Shown: positions 46,575-55,984 of the stretch, one piece after another
How positions within the stretch are numbered: position 1 is the first letter of the stretch
Layout of the letters: each line of letters starts with the position of its first letter
Origin: an uncultured Clostridia bacterium
Lineage (GTDB): Bacteria > Bacillota > Clostridia > Oscillospirales > Acutalibacteraceae
Length of the DNA stretch: 64,000 nt
NCBI GenBank assembly: GCA_904397205.1
Contig: CAJFOO010000017.1
Coordinates: 6,098-70,097, forward strand
Reading direction: 5' to 3'
Made by a program: the position numbers and the translations under genes
Notes under the pieces: model-generated
The model's input: only the letters and a program-made list of their open reading frames with translations
The model's database searches: none
Told to the model about the DNA's origin: nothing

Positions 46575-47744
46575 ATGCTCAATTTTCATTTTTATAATCC
46601 CGCGCAGATTTATTTCGGAAAAGGGATGGAAGACCATGTGGGGGAATACGTCTCCCAGTACAGCAATCAGATCCTGCTGCATTATGGCGGGGGATCCATT
46701 TTCAAGAACGGCGTGTACGATAGGGTGACCGCTTCTTTGCGCAAAGCCGGGGTGCGGTTTGTGGAGCTGGGCGGGGTCCAGCCGAATCCCCGTTTGTCGC
46801 TGGTGCGGGCGGGTATCCAGCTTTGCGACGAGAACAACCTGGATTTTATTTTGGCTGTGGGCGGCGGCAGCACGATAGATTCGGCCAAAGCCATTGCCGT
46901 AGGGGTGCAGAATCCCGGGGATCTGTGGGACTATTATATGGATCCGGAAAAACCCATCCGGGGGGCGCTGCCTGTGGGTGTGGTGCTCACTATCCCCGCC
47001 ACGGGATCCGAAAGCTCACCGAGTTCGGTTATCACAAACGAAGCGAATAACCTTAAGCGCTCGATTGCCAGCCCCAAGATTATCCCCAAATTTGCCGTGC
47101 TCAATCCCGAAATTACCTATACCATGCCAAAATACCAGATTGCCTGCGGGGCTTCCGACATATTGTCCCATCTGATGGAGCGGTATTTTACGCCGGTGGA
47201 TCATGTGGATTTTACCGACCGGCTGCTGGAGGCTTCGATGCGCACGGTGCTGGATAACGGGCCGCTGGCTTTGCAGAACCCCACCGATTACCATGTGCGC
47301 GCAGAGCTGATGTGGGTGGGTACGGTGGCCCATAACGGGCTGCTGAATACCGGCCGGATCGGCGACTGGGCGACCCATCACATGGAACATGAACTCAGCG
47401 GGATGTATGATATTGCGCACGGGGCAGGGCTATCGATTATGACCCCGGCCTGGATGCGGTATGTGTACCGGGAGAATGTGGGGAAATTTATCCAGTTTTC
47501 GCGCCGGGTATTTGGGGTGGAGTATCCCCTGGACGATCCGCGTGCGCTGGTGGAGGAGATGCTGTTCCGCCTGGAAACCTGGTACCGCCGGATGGGGCTG
47601 CCGGTCCGGCTGAGCGATGTGGGGATTGGGACCGAGCATCTGGAGGAGATGGCGCGCCGGTGTATGCTTGGCCGAGGGAAGGACGGTCATTTCAAAGTGC
47701 TGACCGAAACGGACGTACTGCGGATTTATGAACTCGCTTTGTAA
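46575..47744 (+). CDS. iron-containing (group III) alcohol dehydrogenase, butanol dehydrogenase/YqhD-like
   Basis: An internal ATG gives MLNFHFYNPAQIYFGKG. GGGSTIDSAK and His-rich metal-site motifs. The track start at 46275 overlaps spo0A and is rejected. Confidence 0.85.
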   Translation: MLNFHFYNPAQIYFGKGMEDHVGEYVSQYSNQILLHYGGGSIFKNGVYDRVTASLRKAGVRFVELGGVQPNPRLSLVRAGIQLCDENNLDFILAVGGGSTIDSAKAIAVGVQNPGDLWDYYMDPEKPIRGALPVGVVLTIPATGSESSPSSVITNEANNLKRSIASPKIIPKFAVLNPEITYTMPKYQIACGASDILSHLMERYFTPVDHVDFTDRLLEASMRTVLDNGPLALQNPTDYHVRAELMWVGTVAHNGLLNTGRIGDWATHHMEHELSGMYDIAHGAGLSIMTPAWMRYVYRENVGKFIQFSRRVFGVEYPLDDPRALVEEMLFRLETWYRRMGLPVRLSDVGIGTEHLEEMARRCMLGRGKDGHFKVLTETDVLRIYELAL

Positions 47745-47819
47745 AAGTCAAGGGATAAAAGAAGGGTTTTTCTTGTTTGCCTGCCAAGAAACCCGGCGAT
47801 TTTTCGGTAAAAATAGCAC

Positions 47820-47848
47820 TTGCTATCGCTGTGCGGTTTGAGTATAAT
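47820..47848 (+). promoter_or_regulatory. sigma-A promoter of the small zinc-ribbon gene
   Basis: TTGCTA-17 nt-TATAAT. Confidence 0.6.
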
Positions 47849-47884
47849 AGGGTATAGAATTTCAATTAGGAAAGGACGTTTCCC

Positions 47885-48085
47885 ATGGGAGTAGAGAACA
47901 TTAAAGAATTAGAGCCAGAATATTTGCCAAAGGAATGCCCCTTTTGTCATGGACGGGTTTCCACCTTTGGGGCGGAAGACCGCTGGGATTTTTCCAAGGT
48001 AAAGGCGGTTTGCTGGAAGTGCGGCAAGCATTCGTATTTTCAGGAAGATAAGGAAAACCGCTGCTATCATCAAATAGAAAAATAA
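47885..48085 (+). CDS. hypothetical 66-aa zinc-ribbon protein
   Basis: Two CxxC pairs (CPFCHG, CWKCGK). Has its own promoter, an SD-like AGGAAAGGA and its own terminator. No homology evidence. Confidence 0.4.
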   Translation: MGVENIKELEPEYLPKECPFCHGRVSTFGAEDRWDFSKVKAVCWKCGKHSYFQEDKENRCYHQIEK

Positions 48086-48101
48086 ACAGCAAGCAAACGT
48101 T

Positions 48102-48140
48102 CCGTCTTTTCCCAACATCCGGGGGAAGATGGATTTTTTT
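48102..48140 (+). terminator. intrinsic terminator after the small zinc-ribbon gene
   Basis: 12-bp stem CCGTCTTTTCCC / GGGGGAAGATGG (with G-U pairs), followed by TTTTTTT. Confidence 0.7.
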
Positions 48141-48321
48141 GTTTCCCATTGTGCTTTGTGATGACAGAAAGAGGCAAAATGGAGAAAAAATTCAAACTTT
48201 TGTCAAATGCCCCTCACAATTACCAGGTATACTAAAACCATCCCAGATAGCTATCCCAATTTGATATTACTGAGGGACCCCTTGTGTGGACGGAATACCG
48301 GCCTTGGGCAATCCCCAGACC

Positions 48322-48353
48322 AAAAATTATCCCCATGCCAAAGCGGCATGGGG
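48322..48353 (-). terminator. intrinsic terminator after the P-type ATPase gene
   Basis: 9-bp perfect stem CCCCATGCC / GGCATGGGG, followed on the minus strand by ATAATTTTT. Confidence 0.7.
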
Positions 48354-48363
48354 TTTATCGATC

Positions 48364-50784
48364 TTATTTTTTTCTTTGGAAAGAAACCCGTTCCAGCCGG
48401 TGCCGGAAAATCCGATCCATCAGCCAGGGAAGCAACGCCATCAGCAGGATCGACCACCCAACAAGCGGCAGGAAAACCCACAGCATGGGCAGGGATACGG
48501 GGGTGAGGAACAGCAAGCCGTAAGGGAGCACATACATGCCCAAAAGGATAGCGATAGTAAACGTGACAGTAAGGAATATAAACAGCGCGGCACGCATCCA
48601 GTTGAAGGGCAGGCACACCCGCAGCAGCACCAGCAGGCCTGTCAGGGCAGTGGTCATGACGCAGAGGGTGGAAAGCTGGCTGCTGGAGAAGGGGAGAAAC
48701 GCAGAGGCGAGCATAATCCAAAGGACGTTGGTTGCCATACAGACGGCTCCCGGCGCGGCACGGGTGAGCAGGTTGAAGATAAAGCGCCCCTGGATACGTT
48801 CGTTATTGGGTTCGAGCGCCAGCAGGAAGGAAGGGATCCCGATAGTAAAGGCATTGATGAGCGTAAACTGGATGGGAAAAAAGGGGTAATCCCGCTGGAT
48901 GAAAATAAAGCAGACCGCGATAATGGTAGAAAACAGGGCTTTTACCAGGAACAAAGAGGCGGAACGCTGTAAATTGTTGATGGATCGGCGTCCTTCCCGC
49001 ACAACCAGCGGCATGGAAGAGAAGTTGGAATCCATCAGCACCAGTTGGGATACGGCCCGCGCGGCATCGCTGCCGGACGCCATGGCTACGCTGCAATCCG
49101 CTTCCTTGAGCGCCAGCACGTCGTTGACCCCGTCACCGGTCATCGCGACGGTATGCCCCTGCTGTTTCAGTGCCTGGATCAGCTCCAGCTTTTGCTGCGG
49201 CGTTACCCGTCCAAATACACTGTATTGTTCCGCAGCTTCCCGCAGTTGGTCTTCGGTTTCCAGCGTAGTGGCGTCCACATAGCAGTCAGCATTTGGCAGG
49301 CCGGCCCGCTTGGCAATATTGGCCACCGTGAGCGCATTATCCCCGGAAATCACTTTCAAATCGACTCCCTGTTCTGCAAAGAACTGTAAAGTATCCTTGG
49401 CCTCTGGGCGGATGGTATCGCTCAGCAGCAGGAAAGCCAGCGGCACCCGGTGCTCCGGCAGATTTTTTTCCTGGAACTCTTCGGAAGAATACGCCAGCAG
49501 AAGAATGCGCTGGCCAGTTTGTGCATAGGATTCTTCTTGGAAACGGATGGTTTCCTCCGCCTCCTCCGGCAGAATGAAAGAGGAAGCCCCCAGGATAAAG
49601 CTGCCGTAGCCCGCAAAAGAAGCGCCGCTCCATTTGCGCGCGGAGGAAAAGGGGATGGAATGGGTACACACCCATGAAGAAGGCTTTTCATATGCCCGCT
49701 TTAACGCGGCAAAGGTAGGGTTGTTGTCCTGGGACTGCGCCACCAGAGCGGAGAGGATATCTTCCAGCGGGGCGGGGAGCTGGCCGTCTGCACACAGCGG
49801 GACCAACTCGTCCACCTGCATGGTGCCCTCGGTAATGGTGCCGGTTTTGTCCAGGCACAGGGTATCTACCCGCGCGAGCGTTTCAATACAGTACAGCTCC
49901 TGCACAAGGGTTTTATGCCGGGAAAGACGGATGACGCTGACAGCCAGCACCACGCTGGTGAGCAGGACCAGGCCTTCGGGGATCATGCCCACCAAGGCGG
50001 CCACCGTACTGACTATAGCGCTGGGGAACGGCTGGCTGGAAATCCAGATTTGTTTTGCAAACAGGGCCAGCCCGATGGGGATGAGGGCGATGCCGATCCA
50101 TTTGATCATTTTGTTGATCGAATCCATGATTTCGGAGTGAGGGCGTTTGATGTATTTTGCGCTTGCCGAAATTTTAGAGGCATAATTTTCCTTGCCCACA
50201 TGTTCCACCCGGGCGCGGCATTGGCCGCTTATCAGGAAACTGCCCGAAAGCAGCGGATCGCCCAGCTGTTTCAATACGGGTTCGGCTTCCCCGGTAAGCA
50301 GGGATTCATTGACCTCGCATTCCCCTTCCACTATCACGGCGTCGGCGCAGATCTGCTGGCCGGGTGACAGGACTAAGATATCGTCGAGCACCAGATCCGG
50401 CACATTCACCTCGCAGACTTGGCTGTCCCGGACGACATGGGCTTTGGGGGCTGCAATGAGGGAGAGGCGATCGATAATTTGCTTGGCGCGGATTTCCTGG
50501 AAGGTACCGATCAGGATATTGCAAAACATCACTCCCAGGAATAGGGCGTTATGGGGGGAGCCTACCGCAATCACCAGGGCCCCCAGGATCACATTCAGGA
50601 TGTTGAACGGGGTAATGAGGTTATCGCGCAGGATGCGGCCGATACTTTTTGTTTTGATCTCTGGCTCCCCATTGGCGAGGCCGGATTGCATCCGCAAAAT
50701 GACCTGTTGTTCCGTTAAGCCCAAAGCCGGGTCCGCCTGCACCCGTTCCGGCTGAGGGGGTGTGGCAGGGGCTTCTTCCCGCAT
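48364..50784 (-). CDS. cation-translocating P-type ATPase (P2-like, Ca2+/Mg2+ type)
   Basis: Start at the internal ATG (MREEAPATPP). Phosphorylation motif CLDKTGTITEG, hinge MTGDGVNDVLALKEAD, ten predicted TM segments. Confidence 0.9.
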   Translation of the reverse strand: MREEAPATPPQPERVQADPALGLTEQQVILRMQSGLANGEPEIKTKSIGRILRDNLITPFNILNVILGALVIAVGSPHNALFLGVMFCNILIGTFQEIRAKQIIDRLSLIAAPKAHVVRDSQVCEVNVPDLVLDDILVLSPGQQICADAVIVEGECEVNESLLTGEAEPVLKQLGDPLLSGSFLISGQCRARVEHVGKENYASKISASAKYIKRPHSEIMDSINKMIKWIGIALIPIGLALFAKQIWISSQPFPSAIVSTVAALVGMIPEGLVLLTSVVLAVSVIRLSRHKTLVQELYCIETLARVDTLCLDKTGTITEGTMQVDELVPLCADGQLPAPLEDILSALVAQSQDNNPTFAALKRAYEKPSSWVCTHSIPFSSARKWSGASFAGYGSFILGASSFILPEEAEETIRFQEESYAQTGQRILLLAYSSEEFQEKNLPEHRVPLAFLLLSDTIRPEAKDTLQFFAEQGVDLKVISGDNALTVANIAKRAGLPNADCYVDATTLETEDQLREAAEQYSVFGRVTPQQKLELIQALKQQGHTVAMTGDGVNDVLALKEADCSVAMASGSDAARAVSQLVLMDSNFSSMPLVVREGRRSINNLQRSASLFLVKALFSTIIAVCFIFIQRDYPFFPIQFTLINAFTIGIPSFLLALEPNNERIQGRFIFNLLTRAAPGAVCMATNVLWIMLASAFLPFSSSQLSTLCVMTTALTGLLVLLRVCLPFNWMRAALFIFLTVTFTIAILLGMYVLPYGLLFLTPVSLPMLWVFLPLVGWSILLMALLPWLMDRIFRHRLERVSFQRKK

Positions 50785-51318
50785 AAAACATCTTCCTCTC
50801 TGTTTGAAAGCGGAGCAGTCCGGCAAAATTGCCCGGAATCGTTCCGCATAGATAAGCAGTACGCTTATTCTATCATAAAATTTTCTTGTCGTAAACAAGC
50901 GATACAGGGTTTCTTGATAACAAATCTGTCACAAAGCCTCGGCAGCGCAGGAAAAAGAAGGAGGGAAAAAACTTAAAAATTTTTCAAAATTAAGAAAAAA
51001 CAATAAAAGTGTAAATGCTTTTCCGTAAAATATCCAAGGATATTTGTTGAAATATACAATTTTATTTTCATTTATTCTCAGGAACTGTATAAAAAAATAG
51101 GTCTTGTTCCCGGAAAAAAATATGATATAATAGAGAGCGGGAAAAAGATTGTAATGAAACTGGATATTTGATAAATTCTTTCGTTTTCCCCTCGTAAAAA
51201 AGTTACTTTGCTTTGAGGAAGGGGGGGCTTTACCATTCTTGCACAAGTAAAAAACCGCATACATACCCTGTGTACGCAGGAGCTGCGCCAATTCCATTCA
51301 TCCGCGGCGCTGCTGGCA

Positions 51319-52488
51319 ATGGCCGGCTTGTTTTTACCGTTTTACCTGGCCATTGCGGTAGAAGGGGTATTGGGGCTTTTTGTGCTGTTCCACGGGGAGC
51401 GCAGCCGGCAGGCCTTCCAGGATTTCCGCATCCGGATTATTATGGGGTTTTGCCCGGCTGTCGGCTTTATCGCCGTGCTGTATGGCAATTATTTTGGAGC
51501 CCTCGTGGCGTTGCTGTTATTTTTAATTTTTGCTTTGGTATTCTATCTGCGCAGCGGGATGACCCGGCAGTTGTTCCACCGGCTGCTGGATTTGGCCTGC
51601 TGTGGGAGCCTTATCTGTTTTGTGGTGGCCGTCATACAAAAAGCCGTCCATTTCTCGTCTAATCCCGGGTACCGGCCGGTTTCCACCTTTTTAAACGCCA
51701 ATTATTACGGTATGATCCTGGAGTTTATCGTCTTGATAGCCCTGTACCGCCTGTCGCAGAAAACCGGCCGGCGCAAATTCTATGCGGCAGTGATTCTCGT
51801 TAATCTTTTGGGGCTGTATCTGACGGCCAGCATGTCGTCGTTTTTGGCTTTGGCTTGCGCCTGCCTGGTATTTCTTTTGCTCAAGGGCAAAATGAAAACG
51901 TCTTTTCTGCTTATGGGCGCGGCAGCGGCGGCGCTGCTGCTGGCTACCGTTTTCCCGGAAGTATTTCCACGGATTGATATGATAGACCATACAACAGGGC
52001 AGCGCCTGGACATTTGGAGCACGGCTCTGAAGGGGCTGGAAGAACACCCGATTTTGGGCCAGGGCCCTATGACATACCTGCATATCTGCGACCGGCTCGG
52101 CGGGTATTATACATTCCACAGCCACAACCTGTATTTGGATACCCTCTTGAATTATGGGGTAATTGGATCGCTGGTAATCTTCTTTTGCGCGATTTCCCAA
52201 ATGCGGATCATTATTTCCCGTTTAAAGCGGAATATCTGCACCAGCATGAACCTGTTGATTCTGGCGGCCCTGACTGCCGTGCTTGTGCATGGATTAACCG
52301 ATGTGACCATCTTCAGCCCGCAGACCGGGATGCTGTTCCTGCTGCTGTGTACTTCGATGGGCATCCAGGCCAGGGAAAAGCGGCCGGTGGTACTGGTGCA
52401 GCTTCCCGAGCTGGAACCTTTGCGCCGGATCCGCTGGCTGCATGCCCGGTTTGGCCGGGGCAGCGGCGTGTATTCTATTAAACGGTAA
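51319..52488 (+). CDS. O-antigen ligase (Wzy_C) family membrane protein
   Basis: 389-aa polytopic ORF with a large loop (GQRLDIWSTALKGLEEHPILGQGP ... HSHNLYLD) typical of the O-antigen ligase/WaaL-like family. The in-frame region upstream has no ATG, GTG or TTG back to the stop at 51214. Confidence 0.7.
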   Translation: MAGLFLPFYLAIAVEGVLGLFVLFHGERSRQAFQDFRIRIIMGFCPAVGFIAVLYGNYFGALVALLLFLIFALVFYLRSGMTRQLFHRLLDLACCGSLICFVVAVIQKAVHFSSNPGYRPVSTFLNANYYGMILEFIVLIALYRLSQKTGRRKFYAAVILVNLLGLYLTASMSSFLALACACLVFLLLKGKMKTSFLLMGAAAAALLLATVFPEVFPRIDMIDHTTGQRLDIWSTALKGLEEHPILGQGPMTYLHICDRLGGYYTFHSHNLYLDTLLNYGVIGSLVIFFCAISQMRIIISRLKRNICTSMNLLILAALTAVLVHGLTDVTIFSPQTGMLFLLLCTSMGIQAREKRPVVLVQLPELEPLRRIRWLHARFGRGSGVYSIKR

Positions 52489-52489
52489 T

Positions 52490-52536
52490 AAAAAAACCAC
52501 CTTTCCTTCTGAGGAGGAACAGGTGGTTTTCTTTTT
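52490..52536. terminator. bidirectional terminator between the O-antigen-ligase-like gene and trpA
   Basis: A-run, then long stem AACCACCT...AGGTGGTT with an inner helix, then TTTTCTTTTT. Confidence 0.75.
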
Positions 52537-52539
52537 GTG

Positions 52540-53343
52540 TCAGGGCTGATCGAGGGCTTCCCGTAAGGAATGGACAAATTCCCCCACATAGGGGACAGCC
52601 TGCCGCCCGTGTTCGGCCAGGATCCGTACGATGGCGCTTCCCACAATCACCCCGTCGCAGTACCGCTTCATCTGCCGGACCTGCCCGGGCGTGGAAATGC
52701 CAAACCCAACGGCGCAGGGAGCGCTGGCATGTTCGCGCACGGCGGCAAAAAAGGAATCGAAATCGGTAGTGAATTCACTGCGCACACCAGTCACGCCGGT
52801 GGAGGAGACACAGTAGAGGAACCCTTTGCTGTTGGAAGCGATAGCCTGGATCCGTTCCGCAGACGTGGGGGTTACCAGGTTGATCAGACGTACGCCGCAG
52901 GCCTGTGCTTGATGCAGGATTTCTTCGCGTTCTTCATAGGGGAGGTCGGGCACAATCACCCCGTCGACGCCGCATTCCCGGCACAGGGAAAAGAATTTAT
53001 CTTTTCCAAAACGGAAAATCATATTGACATACATCATCAGCAAAAGAGGAATGTCGGTTTTGGCCCGCAGGCGCCGCACCAGGTCGAAAATACCGGCCAA
53101 GGTGGTACCAGCGTCCAGCGCCCGCTGGCTTGCCGCTTGGATCACCGGGCCTTCGGCAATGGGATCGGAAAACGGTACGCCCAGTTCGATGAGATCTGCG
53201 CCTTGCCGCTGCATTTCCAGCACCGTTTGCTCTGTGGTGTTGTAATCCGGGTCTCCGGCGGTTAAAAAAGCGATCAGGGCTTTTTTTCCGCAGGCTTGTA
53301 ATTCCTGAAATTTTTGATCTATCCGGTTGTCAAACTCATTCAT
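52540..53343 (-). CDS. trpA: tryptophan synthase alpha chain
   Basis: An internal ATG gives [31 protein letters not shown] motif. 8-nt overlap with trpB. Confidence 0.9.
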   Translation of the reverse strand: MNEFDNRIDQKFQELQACGKKALIAFLTAGDPDYNTTEQTVLEMQRQGADLIELGVPFSDPIAEGPVIQAASQRALDAGTTLAGIFDLVRRLRAKTDIPLLLMMYVNMIFRFGKDKFFSLCRECGVDGVIVPDLPYEEREEILHQAQACGVRLINLVTPTSAERIQAIASNSKGFLYCVSSTGVTGVRSEFTTDFDSFFAAVREHASAPCAVGFGISTPGQVRQMKRYCDGVIVGSAIVRILAEHGRQAVPYVGEFVHSLREALDQP

Positions 53344-54523
53344 GAAGATGCACCCCTCTGTATCTGGCGATTTGATATACGTCTTTATCCCCCCGCCCGG
53401 ACAGGCAGACAACCATGGTTTTGTCGGGAGCCATGGCGGGGGCGAGTTTTCTTGCAACGGCAACGGCATGGGCGGATTCGATCGCCGGGATAATGCCTTC
53501 TGTGCGGGACAGGTATTCAAAGGCCTGCACCGCTTCCTCGTCGGTAACGGGAGCGTATTCCGCCCGCCCGGTGGAATGCAGATAGGCGTGTTCCGGCCCG
53601 ATCCCAGGATAATCCAAGCCCGCAGAAATCGAGTAGACCGGATTAATTTGTCCCTCGCCGTTTTGCAGGAACAGGGACTTCATCCCGTGGAAGATCCCGG
53701 CAGAACCATGGGCTATGGTGGCGGCATGATCGGGGGTATCGATGCCCCGGCCGGCAGCTTCCGCACCCACGAGCCGCACGCAGCCATGCGGGATAAAGTC
53801 ATAAAACATACCCATCGCGTTGGAGCCGCCCCCCACGCAGGCAATGACGCAGTCAGGAAGTTTGCCGGCGGCTTCCTGCATTTGGGTTTTCGTTTCTTCG
53901 CCGATCACTTTCTGGAAATCCCGTACGATGGTGGGATAGGGATGCGGGCCCATCACAGAACCGATCAGGTAATAGGTATTTTCCACGTTGGAACTCCAGT
54001 CCCGCATGGCTTCGTTGATCGCGTCTTTTAATGTGCGGGTACCGCTGTCGACGCCCGTTACCTTGGCCCCGAGCAGGTTCATGCGGTATACGTTCAGGGA
54101 TTGCCGTTCCATGTCCTCCGCCCCCATATATACTTCGCATTCCATGCCAAACATGGCGGCCACGGTAGCGGTGGCTACGCCGTGCTGGCCAGCCCCGGTT
54201 TCGGCAATGAGGCGTTTTTTCCCCATTTTGCGGGCGAGGAGGGCTTGCCCCAAAGCATTATTGATTTTGTGGGAACCGGTGTGGTTGAGATCCTCGCGTT
54301 TGAGATAGATTTTCGCGCCGCCCAGATCCTTGGTCATGCGCTTGGCAAAATACAGCATGGAAGGACGGCCGGCAAAATCCCGGTATAGGGTGCGCAGTTC
54401 GGCTTGGAAAGCCGGATCATGCTGGTATTGCCGATAGGCTGCTTCGAGTTCCTGGACAGCATGCATGACGGTTTCCGGAACATACTGCCCGCCGAATTCA
54501 CCAAATCTTCCTGTTTTTTTCAT
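53336..54523 (-). CDS. trpB: tryptophan synthase beta chain
   Basis: 395-aa [12 protein letters not shown] (PLP lysine) and GGGSNAMG. Confidence 0.95.
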   Translation of the reverse strand: MKKTGRFGEFGGQYVPETVMHAVQELEAAYRQYQHDPAFQAELRTLYRDFAGRPSMLYFAKRMTKDLGGAKIYLKREDLNHTGSHKINNALGQALLARKMGKKRLIAETGAGQHGVATATVAAMFGMECEVYMGAEDMERQSLNVYRMNLLGAKVTGVDSGTRTLKDAINEAMRDWSSNVENTYYLIGSVMGPHPYPTIVRDFQKVIGEETKTQMQEAAGKLPDCVIACVGGGSNAMGMFYDFIPHGCVRLVGAEAAGRGIDTPDHAATIAHGSAGIFHGMKSLFLQNGEGQINPVYSISAGLDYPGIGPEHAYLHSTGRAEYAPVTDEEAVQAFEYLSRTEGIIPAIESAHAVAVARKLAPAMAPDKTMVVCLSGRGDKDVYQIARYRGVHLHE

Positions 54524-54553
54524 ATGCTTTCGTTCCTCTCTGTATCGGTAAGC

Positions 54554-55171
54554 TTATAGGGCTCGGATCAGTTGGATGATACGCCGGATTTTTTCCGGAT
54601 CTTTGGCCCCATCCGTTTCGACCCCGCTGGATAGATCCACCCCCCAAGGGGAAACCTGTTGGATCGCTTGTTCCAAATTGGTTTCATCCAGTCCTCCGGC
54701 CAGCAGGAAGGGAATGGGGATGGAGGTTTGCGCAATTTTTTGCCAGTCGGCGGTTTGTCCCGTGCCGCCGGCAAGATGAGGGGAAAAGCTGTCTAAAAGG
54801 AGCTTGTCGGTTCCCAGCCGCAGGGCCTGGAGGATACTGTTCTGATCCTGTACCCGCACGGCTTTCCAAATTTCTTTCCCCGGGCACCTGACCCGTACCT
54901 GCCGGATATATTCCTCGGTTTCGCCGCCGTGGAGCTGGATAACGGCGAGGTTTGCCGTCTGTACGGCTTGTTCAAGGGAATCAAGCGGCTCGTCGACAAA
55001 TACCCCTACAGGCAAAATCGCGGGATGGAGACGGGCGGTAAGGGCGGCGGCATCCTGCGGGGAAACCTGCCGCCGGCTTGGCGCAAACACAAACCCGGCA
55101 TAATCCGGCGGGAATGCGTTCACCGCGGCAATGTCCTGTATGCGGCGCAGGCCGCAGAGTTTAATTTTCAT
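54554..55171 (-). CDS. trpF: phosphoribosylanthranilate isomerase
   Basis: An internal ATG gives MKIKLCGLRR. 11-nt overlap with trpC. Confidence 0.85.
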   Translation of the reverse strand: MKIKLCGLRRIQDIAAVNAFPPDYAGFVFAPSRRQVSPQDAAALTARLHPAILPVGVFVDEPLDSLEQAVQTANLAVIQLHGGETEEYIRQVRVRCPGKEIWKAVRVQDQNSILQALRLGTDKLLLDSFSPHLAGGTGQTADWQKIAQTSIPIPFLLAGGLDETNLEQAIQQVSPWGVDLSSGVETDGAKDPEKIRRIIQLIRAL

Positions 55172-55952
55172 GGCCGTTATCCTCCAGCAGATCCCGCAGG
55201 ACCTGCCCTGGGTTTCCGCTGCGCATAAGGGTTTCCCCAATCAGCACCGCATCGGCCCCGTACCGGCGTACCGCGCGCATATCCTCCCTGCTGCCGATCC
55301 CGCTCTCGGATACGACGGCGCAGGCTTTGGGGATAGACTTTGTCAGTTCCGCTGTAGTATCCAGACTAACCTGGAAGGTTTGCAGATCCCGGTTGTTGAT
55401 GCCGACAATCCGGAAATCCGCTTGCAGGACCCGGTCAAGCTCTTCCCGGTTATGGACTTCGGCCAGGCATTCCATCCCCAGGCCATGGGCAATATCCCGG
55501 AATTCGCGCAGGGTTTCCGTATTTAGCAGGGCGGCAATCAGCAGTACGGCGTCGGCACCGAGCAGCTTGGCTTCATAAATCTGGTAGGGATCGATCAGGA
55601 AATCCTTGCGCAGCAAGGGCAGATCCACCGCCTGCCGGATTTCCTGCAAATATGCGCTGCTGCCTTGGAAGTAGGATTCTTCCGTCAGAACGGAGACAGC
55701 GCTGGCCCCTGCGGCAACATAAGCCCTGGCGGTCTCCACCGGATGGAAATCCGGCTGAATGACGCCTTTGGACGGCGAGGCTTTTTTCACCTCGGCAATG
55801 ACTGACAGCCCGGACTGCTTGAGAGCGTCGAACAGGCTGATACAACACCGGGAATCCCGCAGGGCGCGGGCTTTTATTTCCTTGAACGGAGCGGCCTGTT
55901 GTTCCCGGGCCAGCTGCATTTTCCGTTTTTCCACAATCGCATCCAAAATCAT
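55161..55952 (-). CDS. trpC: indole-3-glycerol-phosphate synthase
   Basis: The ATG 7 nt after AAGGAG gives MILDAIVEKRK. VIAEVKKASPSKG and LLIAALL motifs. Confidence 0.9.
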   Translation of the reverse strand: MILDAIVEKRKMQLAREQQAAPFKEIKARALRDSRCCISLFDALKQSGLSVIAEVKKASPSKGVIQPDFHPVETARAYVAAGASAVSVLTEESYFQGSSAYLQEIRQAVDLPLLRKDFLIDPYQIYEAKLLGADAVLLIAALLNTETLREFRDIAHGLGMECLAEVHNREELDRVLQADFRIVGINNRDLQTFQVSLDTTAELTKSIPKACAVVSESGIGSREDMRAVRRYGADAVLIGETLMRSGNPGQVLRDLLEDNGHEN

Positions 55953-55984
55953 AAATAGGCTCCTTTTTTCAACGGGATCTCGTT

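Noticed and set aside
50929-51297. 122-aa minus-strand ORF in the AT-rich intergenic island.
   Set aside because: F/Y/N/K/L-rich composition that follows directly from AT-rich DNA. It has no SD and overlaps the promoter region of the divergent genes.
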